A DNA stretch of 64,000 bases from a virus. Taxonomy: Duplodnaviria > Caudoviricetes. A program made the translations under genes and the position numbers. The notes under the pieces were generated by a model. The model worked only from the letters and a program-made list of their open reading frames with translations. It made no database searches and was not told where the DNA came from. The DNA is taken from positions 1,924 through 65,923 of the IMG/VR virus record IMGVR_UViG_3300046169_000103. One strand, given 5' to 3'. Positions 18,211-31,059 of the stretch are shown here, piece after piece. Numbering within the stretch: position 1 is the first letter of the stretch; each line of letters opens with the position of its first letter.

Positions 18211-19118
18211 TACTTTGCCCTCAATGCCTCAAGGATAGGTGTACATACTGTCTTTCCATCCTTGGATGTTTTACTTGCACTAAACCTTAACCACATAGCA
18301 CCTGTTGGTTTTGGTGGTCCACCTCTCTCGATGTGCCAACCTCCATATCCATCCTTGTACTCTTCTTTATATGACGGAACCTTTAGGTGTAGTTGTTCGT
18401 CGTGATACACAGTGCCTTTATCAGTGAGCCGTATTCGTGGGATTGGGAATTGCCACTCGTTATGCGTGTGACCAGTAGCTACAATGTGAGCGTCAGGAAG
18501 ATACACTGACTGCCTGTTAGTTTGTATCACGCCCTTGGTTACAGGTGCATCCCCTCCATACCCATGGTGATACCACATATTTTTCGTCAAGCATTCACTA
18601 AAACAAATGATTTGAAACTTAATCCACCCACTAAATCCCCCTAATCTGATATTTGATCCATGCCTATCGTTAAGCATGGTAACCAATCTTTCAGTTAGGT
18701 TTGTCTCATGTCTTTTGGAGATTGCAGTTTCGTGGTTACCTGGAGCCATGACTGCAAATAGATCCGCATATGGACCATAGAAATCTGCGGCAGTACCAAC
18801 AAGTTTATCAAGATAATCTCCCGTTTGGTGTTCAGGCTTCAAGTCTCTCTTGTCAGACCTTGGGTCATACTTGCCCTGCATTGCGCAGAATAAGTCACCC
18901 CCATCTATAATTACCGCATTTCGCTTTCGGGCTAACTCAAGATGCCTCTTCTCCATAAGGTTATCCGACTTTGGATTATCGTGGTGTCTATCGAAGCTAA
19001 GTAATACCCAAAAGGAATCTTCGTCCTGAGTGCTTTTAAGTTGATGCTTGATAAAGTGTACATTTCGACCCTTCTCTATTATTTGAGTAGATCCTGGCTT
19101 TAGCTTTTTAACTGGCAT
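18210..19118 (-). CDS. Calcineurin-like metallophosphoesterase
   Basis: DxH, GGD, GNHE, HHG, GHTH motifs. Confidence 0.85.
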   Translation of the reverse strand: MPVKKLKPGSTQIIEKGRNVHFIKHQLKSTQDEDSFWVLLSFDRHHDNPKSDNLMEKRHLELARKRNAVIIDGGDLFCAMQGKYDPRSDKRDLKPEHQTGDYLDKLVGTAADFYGPYADLFAVMAPGNHETAISKRHETNLTERLVTMLNDRHGSNIRLGGFSGWIKFQIICFSECLTKNMWYHHGYGGDAPVTKGVIQTNRQSVYLPDAHIVATGHTHNEWQFPIPRIRLTDKGTVYHDEQLHLKVPSYKEEYKDGYGGWHIERGGPPKPTGAMWLRFSASKTSKDGKTVCTPILEALRAK

Positions 19119-22100
19119 TATAATGAAAGCGACCTTCTGATTAGTTCATCGTATGTCGCGGGTGTTAAGGGTTGTGCTTTCTTAAACTTCTTAGGCTTCG
19201 AGTCGTCCAGTATGTCCACATACTTCTCATGCATGTTCATGGCATTCACTAGTGGTTGTGATGCCTCCTTGTCATATAGACCGAGGATGCTTGCCCACTC
19301 CTCGTCTGATAGTTTGTATCTCGATATTCCTGTTCTCAAATTTCTGCGCTTAAAAGCTTTAATGACGGCATCCTCAGGGTCTTTATCTCCCCTGTCGATA
19401 GATGCCTCTATTGCTTCTGCGTAAGCTATGTTAAACCCCTTGTAGTCATCTGCCTCAGCAGCACGCTCCATGCGCCTCACGGATGCACTGAACCTCGTCT
19501 TCCCGATACTGCCACCAACCATCGGTCTACTCTCAATTCCGAGAAGGTGAATTCCTGCACGAAGTTTGTGCCTATTCCCAATCTGATTACTGATCCGTCT
19601 TTCCTCGCTATCTAAACCAAGGAAATTTGCCATCAGGTTGTATTGCTGGAGTGGACCGTTCATTCCCATCGAGTACATGAGCGGACGAACAACATTTGCG
19701 TAGTCCAAATCGAAATCCATATGGATCCAATTTCTCACTGCCCCACCGATGTTCGTTAATTGACTAGCAAGTAAAATCCTAGAATCTAATGTGAACCCAC
19801 GATTATAACTGTATGTATCAACACCATTGTACATAGTATTAGCAAAATCCAATGCCATGCCTCCGACATTTCCGGCTCTTGCTACACGCTCTAACATTGC
19901 CTTTAGGTTATTCGAAGGGTCTCCCTCTATGAATGGTCCAATCAATGGAATCATGGATGTTTTAGGTAAAGGGCGAAGTGGAGATGCTTTACCCATCAAC
20001 TCTTCATCATACCAGTCCGACCAGAAAAATGTGTACGCAAGACCAAATGGAATCTTTAATGCCACAATTGTAGCAAGCATTAGAAGTGCAGCTTGGGCAT
20101 CAACCTTTCCTGTCTTTTTATTACGAACGCCCTCATTCATTTGATTGACCTTTGTTAAAGCCCACTTCTGCAAAGGTGCAGCCCACCTGACATATGGGCT
20201 ATTAAGAAAGGCAGGGGTTGTGGAAAATCCACCCTCAAGTGCGACCTCGTTCACCCCAATAAGTCCCGCTGTGATTACTTGATCCTTTGTGAGGATACGC
20301 TTATCTCCTTTGTTCCTTCTCTCCATGTAGTCTCTTGCAAGATTTGATAGAGAACCCAAACCGTATGATTCTAAGTCTAGATTTAGAGTATCAAATGCAA
20401 TCTTATCACTTAATATCTTCCCTAAATCCTCGCTGGTTACTTGGTAGTCATCGGGCAGTAATTGACCTCCATTTTCTGCTTGTAACTGATTTACCTCCTC
20501 GATGTAACTAGCAACCTCATGAACTAACTTAGAAACCATCCTCGCATTACCCACCGCAATGCTATGATTGGACAGTGAGCCAAAGTAAGAGAAAGGCTTT
20601 AATACAGATGTTCTAGTGCTGAATGGTGCGTATTTTCTTCTCCCCTCTGAATTCTTTACCTTCATCCCTCTTTGAGAATCGTAATCAAGAAGAGTCTTAA
20701 ATGGGCGAAGAATGTCATACCTGAAATCTTTTCCAAGAACCTGATTCTTTTTTACTGCCCCGCCACCTACATTTAGCATATTTTTTCTAAACCCTGTATC
20801 ATTCTCATGGGTATTGAAAAACAGAGGCATCAAAATATCTGCTTCGTAACTTTGAGTATTAATATCGATTCCAAAGTTTGCCATTATCCCACCAAATAAT
20901 TCTCCGGCTGCAGTCCAACTGCTAAACAATTGGGTCGCAATTGCAGTCGCCCCAACCGCACCACCATACTTGGCATCAAAGTCCCATATGGACATTAGGT
21001 TAGTTATGCCACTCTTGGGTTGATTGAGGACAAAGTAGGCATTAAGTCCGAGTAATTCATAGAATATCTTCTCATCCTGAAATGGACCAAGGTCGCTTTC
21101 GAGGTATGCCCTTAAGTGCCCCATCGCTCCACCACTGTTTGTTTCACCACCCAGTATGCTTTTCATCTGGGATTCTGAATTCTTTAGATTCTGGAACTTT
21201 TCTTTCCCTGTAGCGCCTGGTATGTTAGCAAACTCTGGGTTGTCTTCTAATTCAATATACGCCTTTTGTTTTTGTTGGCGTGTAAACTTCTGCCTTCCTT
21301 TTGGGTTATTTATTGCACCAACATAAGTCGCTAAACTTCCAAACAGTGCCTGCTTACTTTTAAGATCGTCCTTTATTTGCCCCATCTTACTAGCTAAGAT
21401 TTCAGCGTTCCTACCAAAGAATGCATTCTCCAGTGTCTTTGCTACTAATGCTGGAGATGTAACTTCATCGTAAGTGGTGTACTGTAAAAACTCCACGGGT
21501 ATAATTGCATCCTGCGCCCTACTGTCCATTAAGTGCCCAGAAAGGGATATACTTGCATCCAAGCCCTTCTTTCCCTTGTCCTCCACATATTTGTTTAGGT
21601 TACTGAAGCTCCTTTTGTATTTCTTTAAAATTCCATATTTAAATTTAGCGAAATCTGACCTGTCCTTTTTATGCTCGAGTAGGTTATATACATTGTCCAC
21701 CCAAGCATTGAAGGCCTCACTGCCGGTCATTCCATTTACGCCACTAAGGGCATCAACAAGTACATGTCTGGGAATCTTTAATCCCTCCTTGGGTTGATCA
21801 AAAAGTTCCCGAGGAGATGTGTTATTGATATAAGGAATCATGAACTTCTTCCAAACATAGTCATCAATCAACTGCTTGGACGATTCATCAAGGTTCTTTT
21901 CTTTTACCTGATTATCGAGCTCATTGGACTCCATTATCATTTTAAGACCATCCCAGGAGAACTCACTTGAATCCTCCGAGAACTGATTAGCCCAACCCTT
22001 TTCGGGTAGCTGAGTTATTATTGACTGTATTAAATCAGACCTTAAAGACCTAGGTACGGTGATATAACCACGAGTTATTGCGTTACGGAAAAGGTAAGTC

Positions 22101-25100
22101 CCGTACTTTACCTCCTCACCCTTCCCGTCCTTTTCGACCTCAAACAGCCGATCCATATTATCCCGCATCCTAACATTCTCGTCTAGGACCTTTAATCCAA
22201 GTTTTTCTGCTAGGGTTCTATGGAACTCAGAACTTCTTTCATACTCGTTAAAAAGTTTATAAAGCGCATCTCTAGCATTCTCACCTAGACTCTCGGAGGG
22301 AACTAACTTTGTTGCGTGATTCCACGCCTCTTTCTGAAATCTTTCCTTTTCTCCTGACAGTTGAGGTTGATCCTCATTCCATTTAATGAGCGGCCCGATA
22401 ACATTGTCCATGAATAAGTGACCTTCATTAAACCCAAAAGCCTCCCTAGCCTTATCGAATGCACTGTTCCAGTCTCGCGCAAGCCCCCTTGCCTCTGGGG
22501 CGTATTGCTTGTACCCCATTTCAAATCTCAGAATCATTTGAGATATATCACGACCAAGTTGTCCCGCATTTTGAAATCTTTCACGAGCCGACTTTAGGGC
22601 ATTCATCCTAAACATACCGCCAGTCTCGTACTGAGCATTCCATATCGTCATGGTCTCGGCATTCATGACCATCTGCTTCACAAAGCGATAGTCATTATCT
22701 TCCTGTACGGTTGGGTCTTTTAGGTATTTCTTATTTAATTGGATTGCTTCTTTTAATTCATTGAAGTTCTCAAACTGCATGAGATTGCTCATGCGAACCT
22801 TAATTTCAGACATTGTATACCTGCCATCAACCTTGGTCATGACAGGGAATCTGTCTCCATTATTCAATTGCTTAGCCGGGTTATGACCAAGAAGCATGCG
22901 AAGTCTCTGAGATTCTACATTAAATTCATTATATAATTCTTCGTATACAAATTGATTTTGTAGTGCTCTTTCTCTATCTGCCTCTGCCTTGAGTAGTTCG
23001 ATTCTGTCGTTGACGAACTGAGTTTGAATAAGCCTTTCAAGTTGACTTCCCTGCGGAAAGTAAGAGCTAGAATCTGAGGATGATAAAACTTTAAGCTCGC
23101 CCATGGTAGCACGAGAGAGACTCTGAAGTTTAGCATTCAACCCACGCCTACCTTGCACATCTTGACTCTGACTAAGTTTAGCTAAGTAAACTAAGTCTTT
23201 CCTAAGATTGATTACGGCAGAGACTATGATTGCCCGGTTCTTATTAGTGAAAGTCGGGCTGATGATTTCATATATCTTTATTGCACTTAAATCGTTTACA
23301 TTACTAACCTTGCTGACCTCTAGTATTAGGTCAGATAACTTATTGGATGCTATCCCCCCACCACTTGCAGTGGATACAATATTGTCTAGTGCTTTATGAA
23401 ACTCAGCATCAGTCTTAGGTTTACCCGTGATATCCCTATATGCGTTCAGGATTATATCTGTTACTTCCTCTCCTGTTTCATCCACTACCGCTTGTGCAGT
23501 TGTGGATACCCTTGTATCTATTGCCCTTCTCGTCTCATCACCATATCTTGTACGATCAAAGAGATGGGCTTCATCAAGGATAGTACGCTCTTCAAACTTA
23601 GCAATACTGTCTGCAATACTACCTGGTCTTGTTGGGTCCAAACTAGCATCAATGTCCGCAGATTCTTTTTTAACATGAAACATCTGATTCTCGATCTTTC
23701 TCAGAGCATCTACCCTTGCTTGGTCTCTTGTGTTTTCAGAATTTTTATGAAGCTCGATTGTTTGATACTCCATTTCTTCCCCATACTTTTTGATCAGTTC
23801 ATTGATCTGTTGAGTTGGAGTTTTTCCTTTCAGGAATGTGTTCCATATATCATCCACCGAAAGGTCGGGCGTATCAAGTATTCTCCTAATTTGCTGGGCA
23901 GCATAAGCAACAGGGATACTTGTTTCATTAACTGCAGCTGCAGTTGCTTTCCCTAATGCTATTGAGTTTTCTTCCGGCATCACATTCCCGTTTATTGGGG
24001 CGATTGGGTCGGACATGGACTGTGTGTCCATAAGGTTATCAATCCTTATTTGGGTTTTATTGAACACAACATAGACGGTGTCATTAATTGGATCAAAAGT
24101 GTTCTTTAGGATAACTCCATCATGCCCTTCCTTCTTGGCCTTATTGATTGCCTTAATGAAGTCGCCACGCTTTCTCCCTGAGCCCTTAAAATCTATAGTT
24201 TTTGGGTTCTCCATTACTAATGTAGCATCAACCACCCCAGCATCAGACTTATTTAAAAGAAGGTCTCCTGCCCAATTGAGTTCCTGGATCATATTATCCT
24301 TAACTAACTTAACTGCAACCTCCCCGTGTTGCCTATAAGTCCAGCCTCGAATAACCTACTTGTTACAAAATCATAACCTTTTTTCTGCTCAGGGTTTTGG
24401 CTTAAAGCGTTCCTGTAGTTGTCGTAAGATTCTCTGATCGGGGCTACATTAGATTGGACTGGTTCCTCTGCGTATATACCAATTTTCTCAATGAGTCTGC
24501 CAAGTAGACCCTTTGTTTGTGAATACTTACGGGCAGTCTTGATCTTCTTAGCAAAAAAGAATCCAAGCTTAGCTGACTCCGCACCCGTGTATGAACCAAG
24601 CTTGGCTGGATCAAACCCTTCAATTGCAATAGTTCTAGCACTCTTTGATCCATGGAATGCATTTACCACAACTCTTGTGCTTAATTTTCTATACTCGGCA
24701 TCCATTTGCCTGTTTAAGTCAAGCAATGCTTTTAAAGCACTACCATCCGCATCTATCCCTAGTGCTCTGAGTAACTTTAGGTAGGCACCGTATAGGGCAT
24801 CCAATACGCTAGTAATAAATCCCTGACCATTCTTATCTACTCTTTGCTGAAGTTCTTTTGAGACTTTTATTCCTGCCAGGAATTCAGCAAAGCCTCTACT
24901 GTTCCATGCACGATTTAAAATCTCTCTGCGAGAGTTAGGATTAGATGCTAGGAATAAAGAGGAGAACTCAGTACCCTTTGCTTCTTCCCCAGCAACCCTT
25001 ATGACTTCATCTATTAGGTCAATAGTTTCCTGTAGCTCACTCTTCTCCCCTCTTAGGGTTTTGGATTCATGAGCATGGAGAGCCTCCTCCATTGTTCCGT

Positions 25101-28100
25101 GCCACAACTCGTGCATGGCAACCAACATAAGAACATCTCTCTCCTTGTTTCCCGTAAGGGGAAAAGGTTTATCTATGATGTCATTTTCACCCAAGTAAAA
25201 GTCTGGGTTAATTAAAACTGTAGGTCTTTCAAAATCAGGAATAAATTGACCACGAGTAATGAACACCAGGTGTAGGAGGGTATTTGTCTTGGTGTTATCG
25301 AATCTAATATTAGGTAGGTCTTGATTCTGCCTGCCCTCGAGCATTTGATTAAGTACCTGCACCATTTCAGCACCAAACTTCTTACCTTCTGCGGTGCCCT
25401 TTTCATTGATTATATTATTAATCGACTCAAGTGCCATTCCGCTGAGGTTTGATCCGGGTAGGTTGCTTGGAAACACTTCCTCCATCGCCTGCGCATTCTT
25501 TATCTTCTGTTCGTCACTTACTGAAGCAATGTTAACGAGGTTGCTTTTCTGGGCCTTAGCTATCTCATCACCATGTGCAATTGATTGCTCTGTAACCTCA
25601 GGCATGATCGGTAGAGATTGACTACCGTATGGGTCTTGCATGTTAGAGACAGGAGGTTTGTTTGGTGCTGATGTTTTATTACCTATTGCACCTGTAGCAA
25701 CCTCTGCCTCTTCAAACTTGCTTTGCAATGTTGTGAGTGGGGCAGACTCTGGAAGCCCGAGGTGCTCTGCCATGAGCCGTGTAAAATGTATTCTTTTCTT
25801 GGGCAATACCTGTTTCCCTTGCGGAGTCTAAGAATTCTATAAATACATCAATTGTCTGCTCGGTAACTTCATTACCCTCCGCTTGAAGTATCTCATCAAT
25901 GAGTTTATTTTTACTAGAGACCTTAGAGTTTTCCAGTGCGTTAAATGCAGGAAATCCATCCTCGCCAAATGCTTCAGATATAGCAAGGAATGCATCCTGT
26001 ATTTCTTTTGTTGCCTCATCTGGCCTTCTGATGGATTTAAGAATAGAAGAATAGGCAGATGAAAGTAAATCCTCCTGCGGTTGGGTTAATTCAGCATCAT
26101 TTCCGATTACACTTCCTAGGTAGCTCCCTCAAATTCATTACGAACAGCAATCTGTAACTTCTGCCCATACTCTCGACTCTCTATCTCGAATGCCTTATCT
26201 GCGTCCATGCTTACGGATGGACTTACTTGTGCTATTAATGCATCAATCGCACTTGGCTCATATGTATCAGCAATATGCTTAAGCATTGCAATTGCAGTAT
26301 TTATAGAGCTCTGGTTCGGGAACTTCTACATTTGCCAAGATTTCATGGAATGTCTGCAGTGTGCTTCTTTGATCTGGGCTCGAGCGTGGAATTGCAGACA
26401 AAACTTCAGGAACAGCACCAGTAGCTTCAATAAGATCCTCCCTTGTGGAGTTTACATCTACAACTTCGATTGCTAGGTCATAGACTACCTGGAGTTGATC
26501 GAGTGTAAAACTTGGGAAGAATACTTTTCTCCCAATCTCTATTGGATCAAGCCCTTCAAATGTTTCTATAACATCATCGATTTCCGCAATTTCGCTTGGA
26601 CTTTTTTCCTCACTTTTTAAATTACTTAGGCCATTATTATTTTCACCCTGGTCAGATGTTTGCTTAACTGCACCCTCTACTTCAAATTGTCTTTTCTTTT
26701 GTTCATACAAGGCATTGACCAATGCCTTTGCTACAGACTTTCTGTTTTGTTTGCTAATGACAGGCGCTCCATTCTTTTGTGCCGTTGAAAAGAATTGCTC
26801 TATTAGCCTGCTATCAATCTGTGGGCTTCCGTCCTCTGTCTCAACACCCTCGCCAATATTCAACAACTCTACAACTGAAGATAAATCTTCATCAGAGAGT
26901 TCACTCTTTTGCCTCTTCTTGTCCTGCAGTATGTCGTTAATTTTCCTGAGCACTGGCTCTATGCTTTGCTGTAGCTGCTCAACAACATCATCCACCTTCA
27001 GGTAGTGCCACGCTGGTCGGGAGCCTTCGGCTTTTATATATGCCCCAAGAGATTCCTTAACTACTAGAGTGCCTTCAGATTCATTAAAAAATACACCGCC
27101 CTCACCTTCTTCTTCATAAAATGTTTCAAAGTATAAATCATGCTCGTCCGTAATTACAGCCTCATCACTCTTATACTCATTAAGAAGTTCGTTCGCTCTT
27201 GGTAAATTAAGTGGGTCTGCGACATTGGTCTCAAAAACTTGAATAGAGTCCATCCAGTTTGTGTACTCGGCAAGACTACTAAAGTTTATTCTTAACTTGC
27301 CCGGGCGAGCAGAAAATGCAGTAACCTCGATCGGCTTAAATCCACTCGGCAGGTTATCATAATTCAGTGTATGGGCGGTTGGTAGTGCGCTAATACTATC
27401 TACCTTCGGTCTCTTTAAGGAAAAGATTTGAAGTATTTTCTTTTTCTTTACTGCCTTTACTGACCTAACAAATACCTGACCTGTGGGTTCATGAAGAATT
27501 GCAATAACCGCCTTACTTTCATTTCCACTTGCGGTTTTATTTTCCCCTGGGAGGTCTTTCCTTTTCTTGTTCTCACTTACACTTCCTTTATAATCCACAA
27601 GGTTCTGTAATTCCTCGGACCTTTGGTCTCCAGTTATCTCATCTCTTTTTTTAACCTGAACATGGTTCTGTTCTTCTAGTAGGTTTGTCTCTTCTCCCTG
27701 AAATATCCAAACGCCATTACTTTCATCCAAGTCAATAGGTATTGGCTCAACTACGGATTCCTTCAGTGAGTAATTAAAAGATACTCCATCGAAGGTAACA
27801 TCAATAATATACTCATCCTCAAATCTTACAGATGATACATCATACTCACTGTAAGACCCTCGCTGAATAAGCTGACCAATTGTTTCTGGACGATTTGCGT
27901 TTCCCCCCGGAAGACTTCCTTTATTAAACTTCCATCCATTCTCTTCTACTACGATTACAGATTTCCTAGAACCGTACTGGACAACATATGTCCCTTCTTT
28001 TACTTCCGGCAAAGACTCCATGTCCTTACCTTGAGACTTAACATTCTCAGACTTATAGGCATCCACCTCCTTGGGTTTCTTTTTAACCTTAGATGTATCG

Positions 28101-31048
28101 ATGTATACGTAATTTCTGCCTAATGTAAGAAAATCTTTCTCTGCCTCTTTTCGGGCATTAGAATCTTTTGGATCAACCCCCCTTCTCCTTATCTCTTCCT
28201 CGATATATTGAACCCCAGGCCAGAATCTCCAATCAGGGTTATTCTCGAATTTTTGACTTGATCCTTGAAGTACTGCATTGCCGGCAAATGTAGACTCCAG
28301 CAGGCCCCCTCTTGTATAAAATAAATCCCCGAGATGATACTCGGATAGTGGTGACTTCCCTTCACGAAAGGCTTTATCTGATGACTTCTCCCTGATTGGT
28401 TTACCAAACCCTCTAGGGTCGCCTACTTTAATTGTGTACCCATCGGTAGATACTTGGACTGTGCCATTCTCTTGATCGATGCCTTCTATTGTCCACTCAG
28501 CATCTGAGAGTTCCGTAGGTAAACCAAATTCTGTTACTGCTTTATTAGCACCACTTGATGTTAGTTTAATTTTCTCACCAACCTTATACGGATTCTTCTG
28601 CAAGTTTATTAACCTTGAATTCTTTAATTCCTCTTGCTTCTGAGTTTCTTTCTCCTGTGCTTGTTGATCAGCTTTATCTCTAGCGGCAACCTTAGCCTTT
28701 TCAGCTTCCGCTTTAGTTTGCTCGGCTAATGCATCACCATTGGTCGGGCGACCCTGTGGATGTATTTTTTTATGAGCACGACGAAACGCCTCAATAAAGG
28801 CATCCTTACCTGGCTGAGTTTCCGCTTTATCATAGTAATTAGAAACCCATTGATTGTATGCCTCAGTGGAAATACGCTTCTTGAGACCATCTGATATTGA
28901 TCCATCTATAAGTCGTTCAGTTGTTAGGTCAGAATCGTATATGTCCCGTAATGCCCTATATGCACCTAAGTCACCCTTGGTTATCTTTGTGCCCGGTTGC
29001 TCGTTTAACTCTACTTCTGTCTCCCTTAACTCCTTTGATGTCTCGAGTCTTATTTCCTTTGTATCCGATTCCGAGGATTTATCTTCCTTGGTTTTCTCCT
29101 GTGCGTCTTGCTTAAATTCGTCTACCACAGACCCTGATTCAGTCTGCCCCTCGGACTCAGGAAGTTGATTCGATTGCCCTACTGGGTCAGATGCAGACAC
29201 TTCCTGCATTGCCTGTCTTCTATTTGCCCGTGTGACCACATTACTGCTCAGGTCTGAGTTAAGAGTAATAAGGGGCATGGGTAGTGAAATCTCGACCTTT
29301 TTACCCTCCTCATTCTGGTAGGTAACTAATCCTCTGCCATCACCGACATTTCGGAGGAATGTAGCCTGCTGACCATTTGGCAGCACAACCGAGTTTCCCT
29401 CCTCTATAGTCTGCCTCTCAAATTGCCTCTTTGCTTTTTCCTCAATCTCTTTCCTTAGATCAGATCGGGTTGCCTGATTTCTCAACCTAGCCTGAGCAAC
29501 TGCATCATCATTATCCTGTCTTTGCCTCAGTCTTTTGGGTAGCTGTATTTCATTATCAAGCGCGGTAAGCATAACCCCTGCACCCCCACCACCAATAAGA
29601 CCCATTGCCCCAGCATCCGCAAGTTGCCATACTTCTTCATCGGTTAGATCAAAACTAACTGAATCAACTAAGTCTCCTGCAAAGCTTTTCTTGTCCCCAA
29701 AGTAATGATTGTCCCCATCTTCTGCACCGCTTGCCTGCCTTATTTTAGCAAACTTTTCTGCGGTCATAGCAAGGAATTCCTGGGTAGCCTCCGTGGCACC
29801 CTCGACCGCCATGCCCATTCCCATCGCTTTAATCAACGACTTCTTCACCATATTGTCTGCACGATCGATATCTATCTGAGACAATGAAGACAGCCTTTTC
29901 TTTGGATAGAATCTTTGTAAGACCTTACCCCCTACCTTGGATGGAAGAATTGAGTCAAGTGCACCAATGGCTGAGCCAAACAAGAAAGAATATCCAACCG
30001 CATCATCTGTTGGAATATAGTCCTCATGAGAAGTCGGAAGTCTTGTGTATGGTATTAGTGAGTTGTATACCTCTCCGACTCCCATCGTTCCACTAGCGGC
30101 AGTTGCGCCAGCTATATTTCCCCAAGCCGAGGCATATGCTCGGGCGACCTTCTGGCCTTCTGACCCAAGAGCAGCAAACGCTTTCCCTTTATCTGCTAGT
30201 AATGCAGACCTGTACGGAGATAAAGGACTAGAGCCGGACATAACGCTTGTCCGCTTGGTGACTCTTTTAATTTCTTTATTAAGTGCCCGCCCTACTATTT
30301 TTTTCTGAAGCACCTCAGGTGCATATTTAAAGGCTTGCGGGGCCACTCTGCCCCCCAGGAAGCCACCTCCCATAATAGCGGCCATTGTTGGTATGACCTC
30401 ACCCACTGCATTTAATCCAAAGTCTGCGGTGTTCTGGAGTTGGCTACCAAAAGACTGCTTTTTGCCTGTCAGTTTTCCACCATCGTCAAACCCTAAGGTA
30501 AATGGTTGAACTAAAGTGCCATCCCTTAAAGACTTTACTGGCCCCCCTGATCTACCTGCTTTCCCTAGTAGTGACTCACCAATGGAGTCACTACCTGGGG
30601 TGGATATACCAGTGAAGTCGCCAACTGCCCCCACTCCGCTTGCGGTTATGCCGCCTGCAATATAAGCCCCTTTCTCAAATCCTTGAAATGGGACAGTGGT
30701 AAAATATAAATTACTATCGCCCCTATTAGCTTCCTGTTGTCCAATTTTTAATACCTGCTCTAAGGAACTGAACTCTTTTAATTTGCCTTCTCTCTGGACT
30801 ATCTTCGCTAGGTCAATTAAAACATCTTTATCTGAAAGACCTTTGGTATTAACCCCTTTTTTCTCAAGGTGTTTTTTGTGATGGTCAAGCAATTGCAGTG
30901 CTTGTTGATTATCATCAACTACAGCTTTCTGATATGAAGTATCCCCATCTAAGGCTTGTTCAATTTCTTTCTTATTGTCTGTTCTAACAGAGAATAATCC
31001 ATCAGGCTTTGAGTAATCAAAGTCCAGAATACTTTTTTCTTCGTCCAT
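19118..31048 (-). CDS. Giant internal virion / polyvalent protein (~3,970 aa), split by about four frameshifts
   Basis: Overlapping open frames link ORFs 26279..31048, 24304..25806 and 19118..24292; the ART-like domain is split across a junction; HELWH zincin motif; N-terminal EGATEATQE/Gly-rich region. Confidence 0.7.
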
Positions 31049-31059
31049 TCCTTTAAGTA

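Noticed and set aside
25837-26019. 60-aa ORF as an independent gene
   Set aside because: Another frame across this region is open and joins the giant protein
2741-26300. Stop-codon reassignment as the cause of broken genes
   Set aside because: Breaks mostly require frame changes, and TAA, TAG and TGA all end normal coupled genes
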